Sequence record: SRR20825006_742
Strand: one strand, 5' to 3'
Length of the DNA: 32,434 bases
Shown here: in pieces, positions 28,975 to 32,434 of the stretch
Layout of the letters: each line of letters begins with the position of its first letter
Numbering within the stretch: the first letter of the stretch is position 1
Translations under genes and position numbers: made by a program
Notes under the pieces: model-generated
Databases searched by the model: none
Told to the model about the DNA's origin: nothing
Seen by the model: only the letters and a program-made list of their open reading frames with translations

Positions 28975-29553
28975 ATGAATAAATTTAGTACAATTTTAGG
29001 CGCAGTAATCGTTTTTGTCTTTGCAGCATGCGAAGGCCCCCAAGGCCCCCCGGGTTTCGATGGACTTGATGGAGCGCAAGGACCTCAAGGAGCACCAGGC
29101 ATTCAAGGGCAGGTGGTAGAGGTTGAGGGCGTAAACTTCGATTATTTTGCCGAAGACAATATTTTTTCCGCCTTGATTACTTTTTCGGATGTGACCAACT
29201 TTGAAGTTTTTGAATCTGACGCCGTTTTGGTATACAGACATGATGGTGTTATCGACCTTAGCGATGGGTCCACCGCCGATGCCTGGACACAACTGCCTCA
29301 AAATTATTTCTTGCCGGAAGGCACCATGCAATATGTTTTCGCGCACACATTTGTGGACGTTGAACTCTTTATCGATGGAAATTTTGACCTATCTACTATT
29401 AGCACCGAATTCACGGACAATCAATTGTTCAGGATCGTATTTGTGCCCAGTGAGTTTGCCGAGTCACCAGATTTTGATGCCGCCAACATAAATAGTGTAA
29501 TGTCCAAACTCCAAATTAATGAAGGGGAAGTCATGAAAATGGACATCAACTAA
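28975..29553 (+). CDS. Collagen-like lipoprotein
   Basis: MNKFSTILGAVIVFVFAAC lipobox followed by eight Gly-X-Y triplets and an acidic C-domain. Confidence 0.82.
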   Translation: MNKFSTILGAVIVFVFAACEGPQGPPGFDGLDGAQGPQGAPGIQGQVVEVEGVNFDYFAEDNIFSALITFSDVTNFEVFESDAVLVYRHDGVIDLSDGSTADAWTQLPQNYFLPEGTMQYVFAHTFVDVELFIDGNFDLSTISTEFTDNQLFRIVFVPSEFAESPDFDAANINSVMSKLQINEGEVMKMDIN

Positions 29554-29575
29554 TTCCAACAAAAAACAGTATATT

Positions 29576-29609
29576 AAGTCTCATTGGCTACCAATGGGAC
29601 TTTTTTTTT
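29576..29609 (+). terminator. Intrinsic terminator
   Basis: AAGTCTCATTGG-CTA-CCAATGGGACTT followed by a T tract. Confidence 0.8.
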
Positions 29610-29666
29610 AAAATTTATTTTGAAAGGAACGGAATCAAACTACGTCTAAACACATAAAAACGATTC

Positions 29667-30158
29667 ATGGGAAAAAGATTGCTATTGATTGTTCTTGTCA
29701 TTTTTACAGGGTGCAAGGGAACATCACAGGAAGAAAAGAAAGAAAATATTAAAGAAACTGCATTCAAAGTCACCAAAACCGATGCGGAATGGCGTGCCGA
29801 ACTTACCGAGATGGAATATTACGTATTGCGAAAAGAAGCCACAGAAAATGCCTTTTCAAGTGATTTGCTGGACATCAAGGAAAAGGGAACCTATGTATGT
29901 GCAGGATGTGGCACCCCAGTATTCAAAAGTGAACATAAGTTTGATTCGGGAACCGGATGGCCCAGTTTTGATCGAGAAATCGAAGGAAACGTCGCTTTTG
30001 ATACCGACTATAAAATCGGAGTGGCACGCACAGAAGAACATTGTGCAGTTTGTGGAGGACATTTAGGTCATGTTTTCAACGATGGCCCACGTAACACAAC
30101 AGGCAAAAGGCACTGCATTAATGGTGTGGCCCTTGATTTTATTCCCGACAACAAATAA
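29667..30158 (+). CDS. msrB: Peptide-methionine (R)-S-oxide reductase, exported lipoprotein form
   Basis: Lipobox FTGC, two CxxC motifs, SGTGWPSF, HLGHVFNDGP, RHCIN. Confidence 0.93.
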   Translation: MGKRLLLIVLVIFTGCKGTSQEEKKENIKETAFKVTKTDAEWRAELTEMEYYVLRKEATENAFSSDLLDIKEKGTYVCAGCGTPVFKSEHKFDSGTGWPSFDREIEGNVAFDTDYKIGVARTEEHCAVCGGHLGHVFNDGPRNTTGKRHCINGVALDFIPDNK

Positions 30159-30175
30159 ATCGACACTAAAAGTTT

Positions 30176-30580
30176 ATGGATAAAAAATACAGTGTGAACA
30201 AATCCGAGGAAGAGTGGAAACAAGAACTTTCCGCCGAGGAATACTATGTATTGCGCCAAAAGGGGACCGAACGACCCTATACGGGCAAGTTCGATCTTCA
30301 TTTTGAAAACGGCGACTACCACTGCAAAGCATGCAATGCTAAATTGTTCGAGAGCGAGCATAAATTTGAAAGTGGTTGCGGGTGGCCATCGTTTGATCAG
30401 GCCGTTGAAGGTGCCATTGAATATATTCGCGACACCAGTCACGGCATGATTCGTACCGAAACGGTCTGCGCCAATTGCGGCAGCCATTTGGGTCATGTTT
30501 TTAACGACGGCCCTAAAGAAACCACAGGTCAACGGTATTGCATCAATTCGGTAAGCATTGATTTTGATCCTGAAGCATAA
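30176..30580 (+). CDS. msrB: Peptide-methionine (R)-S-oxide reductase, cytoplasmic form
   Basis: GTERPY, two CxxC motifs, SGCGWPSF, HLGHVFNDGP, RYCINS. Confidence 0.95.
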   Translation: MDKKYSVNKSEEEWKQELSAEEYYVLRQKGTERPYTGKFDLHFENGDYHCKACNAKLFESEHKFESGCGWPSFDQAVEGAIEYIRDTSHGMIRTETVCANCGSHLGHVFNDGPKETTGQRYCINSVSIDFDPEA

Positions 30581-31117
30581 ATGGATTTCCAAGAAAATTA
30601 TTTGGGCAATGTTCAATTCGAGTTCCATCGATACAAAACCATGGGCGACAAAACCTTTGATCAAATTCTTGATGCCGACATTCATTGGAAATTCTCGGAC
30701 TCAGATAATTCCATAGCTATCATTGTAAAGCATATGGTAGGGAACATGCTGAGCCGTTGGACCAATTTTTTAACGGAAGATGGCGAAAAACCATGGCGGG
30801 AACGGGACTTGGAATTTGAAAAGCCCTATTCCGAAAAATCAGAAATGATCGCTGCATGGGAAAAAGGATGGCAATGCCTATTTGGTGCTCTGGACAGCAT
30901 CAACAGCACCAATTTTGAAAATAAGATCAAGATTCGAAACGAGGAGCATAGCATTGTCGAGGCCATCAACCGTCAACTGGCACACTACGCCGGCCATGTA
31001 GGACAGATCGTCTTCATCGGAAGAATGATCAAAGGTACGGACTGGGACTCACTATCCATACCAAAAGGCGAGTCCAAAGCCTTCAACAAAAAGATGTTCG
31101 ACACAGGCAAAGCCTGA
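30581..31117 (+). CDS. DUF1572-family (DinB-like) protein
   Basis: NSIAIIVKHMVGNMLSRWTNFLTEDGEKPWRERDLEF, RQLAHYAGHVGQI. Confidence 0.85.
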   Translation: MDFQENYLGNVQFEFHRYKTMGDKTFDQILDADIHWKFSDSDNSIAIIVKHMVGNMLSRWTNFLTEDGEKPWRERDLEFEKPYSEKSEMIAAWEKGWQCLFGALDSINSTNFENKIKIRNEEHSIVEAINRQLAHYAGHVGQIVFIGRMIKGTDWDSLSIPKGESKAFNKKMFDTGKA

Positions 31118-31176
31118 TTTCACAAACAAACCCACATTTGAGTTTTTTCGTCTTGGGAAATGGAGATTGATTTCCG

Positions 31177-31184
31177 TACTTTTG
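31177..31184 (+). promoter_or_regulatory. -7 promoter element (TACTTTTG) for lpdA
   Basis: TAnnTTTG 53 nt upstream of ATG 31238. Confidence 0.65.
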
Positions 31185-31237
31185 CACCTGCCGAATGCTG
31201 GCATATTTTTCAATCTAACAACAAAAATCAAAATCTA

Positions 31238-32434
31238 ATGAGCAAGTTCGATATAATTGTTTTGGGAAGTGGTCCAGGTGGATATGTTACCGCCATAAGG
31301 GCATCACAATTAGGTTTCAAAACAGCCATTATAGAAAAAGAAAGTTTGGGAGGTGTATGTCTTAACTGGGGTTGTATCCCGACCAAGGCCCTTCTTAAAT
31401 CCGCTCAGGTTTTTGAATATTTAAAGCATGCCGAAGATTACGGTTTAAGCGCCAAGGATGTAGATCATGATTTTGGTGCCGTTGTTAAAAGAAGCCGTGG
31501 TGTTGCCGAAGGAATGAGCAAAGGTGTCCAGTTTTTGATGAAAAAGAACAAAATCGAGGTCATCAATGGAGTTGGAAAGGTAAAACCGGGCAAAAAAGTT
31601 GAAGTAAAAGCGGAAAACGGTGAAACTACCGAATATTCCGCAGACAATATCATCATTGCAACAGGAGCGCGTAGCCGTGAGTTGCCAAGCCTTCCGCAAG
31701 ATGGAAAAAAGGTTATTGGTTACCGCGAGGCCATGTCCTTGGAAAAGCAACCCAAGAAAATGATCGTGGTCGGAAGTGGCGCTATCGGAATGGAGTTTGC
31801 CTATTTCTACCACTCCATGGGTACAGAAGTGACCGTTGTGGAATACATGCCAAACATTGTTCCGGTTGAAGATGAAGACATCTCCAAACAATTGGAGCGC
31901 AGCTTCAAAAAAGCTGGAGTAAAAATCAAGACTTCCGCCGAGGTCACTAAAGTTGACACTTCCGGTGATGGTGTAAAAGCCACCGTTAAGACTCAAAAAG
32001 GCGAAGAGGTTTTGGAAGCCGATATCGTACTATCCGCTGTGGGAATCAAAACGAACATTGAAAACATCGGATTGGAAGATGTTGGAATTGCCACGGACAG
32101 AGATAAAGTATTGGTGAACGATTACTATCAGACCAACATACCTGGCTACTTTGCCATTGGGGATATTACCCCTGGACAAGCATTGGCTCACGTAGCTTCT
32201 GCGGAAGGAATTCTTTGTGTGGAGAAATTGGCCGGCATGCACGTGGAACCCTTGGATTACGGCAACATCCCAGGATGTACGTACTGTATCCCAGAGGTAG
32301 CTTCTGTTGGATTGACCGAAAAGGCAGCCAAAGAAAAAGGATATGACCTTAAGATAGGTAAGTTCCCATTCTCCGCAAGTGGTAAAGCGAAAGCTGCAGG
32401 TACCCCAGATGGTTTTGTAAAAGTTATTTTTGAT
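31238..32434 (+). CDS. lpdA: Dihydrolipoyl dehydrogenase, truncated at the window end (absent from the ORF track)
   Basis: Manual translation: MSKFDIIVLGSGPGGYVTAIRASQLG...GGVCLNWGCIPTKALL...IATGAR...VGSGAIGMEFA. Confidence 0.96.
   Translation, partial: MSKFDIIVLGSGPGGYVTAIRASQLGFKTAIIEKESLGGVCLNWGCIPTKALLKSAQVFEYLKHAEDYGLSAKDVDHDFGAVVKRSRGVAEGMSKGVQFLMKKNKIEVINGVGKVKPGKKVEVKAENGETTEYSADNIIIATGARSRELPSLPQDGKKVIGYREAMSLEKQPKKMIVVGSGAIGMEFAYFYHSMGTEVTVVEYMPNIVPVEDEDISKQLERSFKKAGVKIKTSAEVTKVDTSGDGVKATVKTQKGEEVLEADIVLSAVGIKTNIENIGLEDVGIATDRDKVLVNDYYQTNIPGYFAIGDITPGQALAHVASAEGILCVEKLAGMHVEPLDYGNIPGCTYCIPEVASVGLTEKAAKEKGYDLKIGKFPFSASGKAKAAGTPDGFVKVIFD

Noticed and set aside
30068-30685. 205-aa minus-strand ORF
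   Set aside because: Antisense shadow of the msrB genes with no independent support.
31445-32242. Minus-strand ORFs of 183, 63 and 70 aa
   Set aside because: Antisense to lpdA, which the track omitted because it has no stop codon within the window.

Overview
Core-chromosome window of a Flavobacteriaceae bacterium (Bacteroidota-type TAnnTTTG promoters; gene content suggests a marine Muricauda/Flagellimonas-like lineage, by inference). In order: the 5' part of the RNase P RNA gene (minus strand), dnaX, miaE, a minus-strand run pyrR-pyrB-STAS-like-[four-helix-bundle insert]-rnz-pdxH-sixA-ppk1, rpsA, a LysM protein, an AT-richer accessory block (frameshifted serine-hydrolase lipoprotein, VOC protein, ArsR-SRPBCC-DUF998-DUF1801), cmk, lon, an ECF sigma/anti-sigma/DUF4097/GIN operon, an MFS transporter, an M48 peptidase, GH31, glgB, a collagen-like lipoprotein, two msrB genes, DUF1572 and a truncated lpdA that the ORF track misses. 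The best candidate for an under-described system is an Avd/23S-IVS-like four-helix-bundle gene bracketed by inverted arrays of four 7-bp repeats inside a housekeeping operon. Other signals: an A10 slippage site in dnaX, a one-base frameshift that detaches a lipoprotein signal peptide, two related REP-like hairpins, a tandem ArsR operator over its promoter, a sigma-54-type promoter on lon, three ECF-type promoters, and an apparent absence of porQ between lon and cmk. No CRISPR array, tRNA, rRNA, integrase or transposase was seen.
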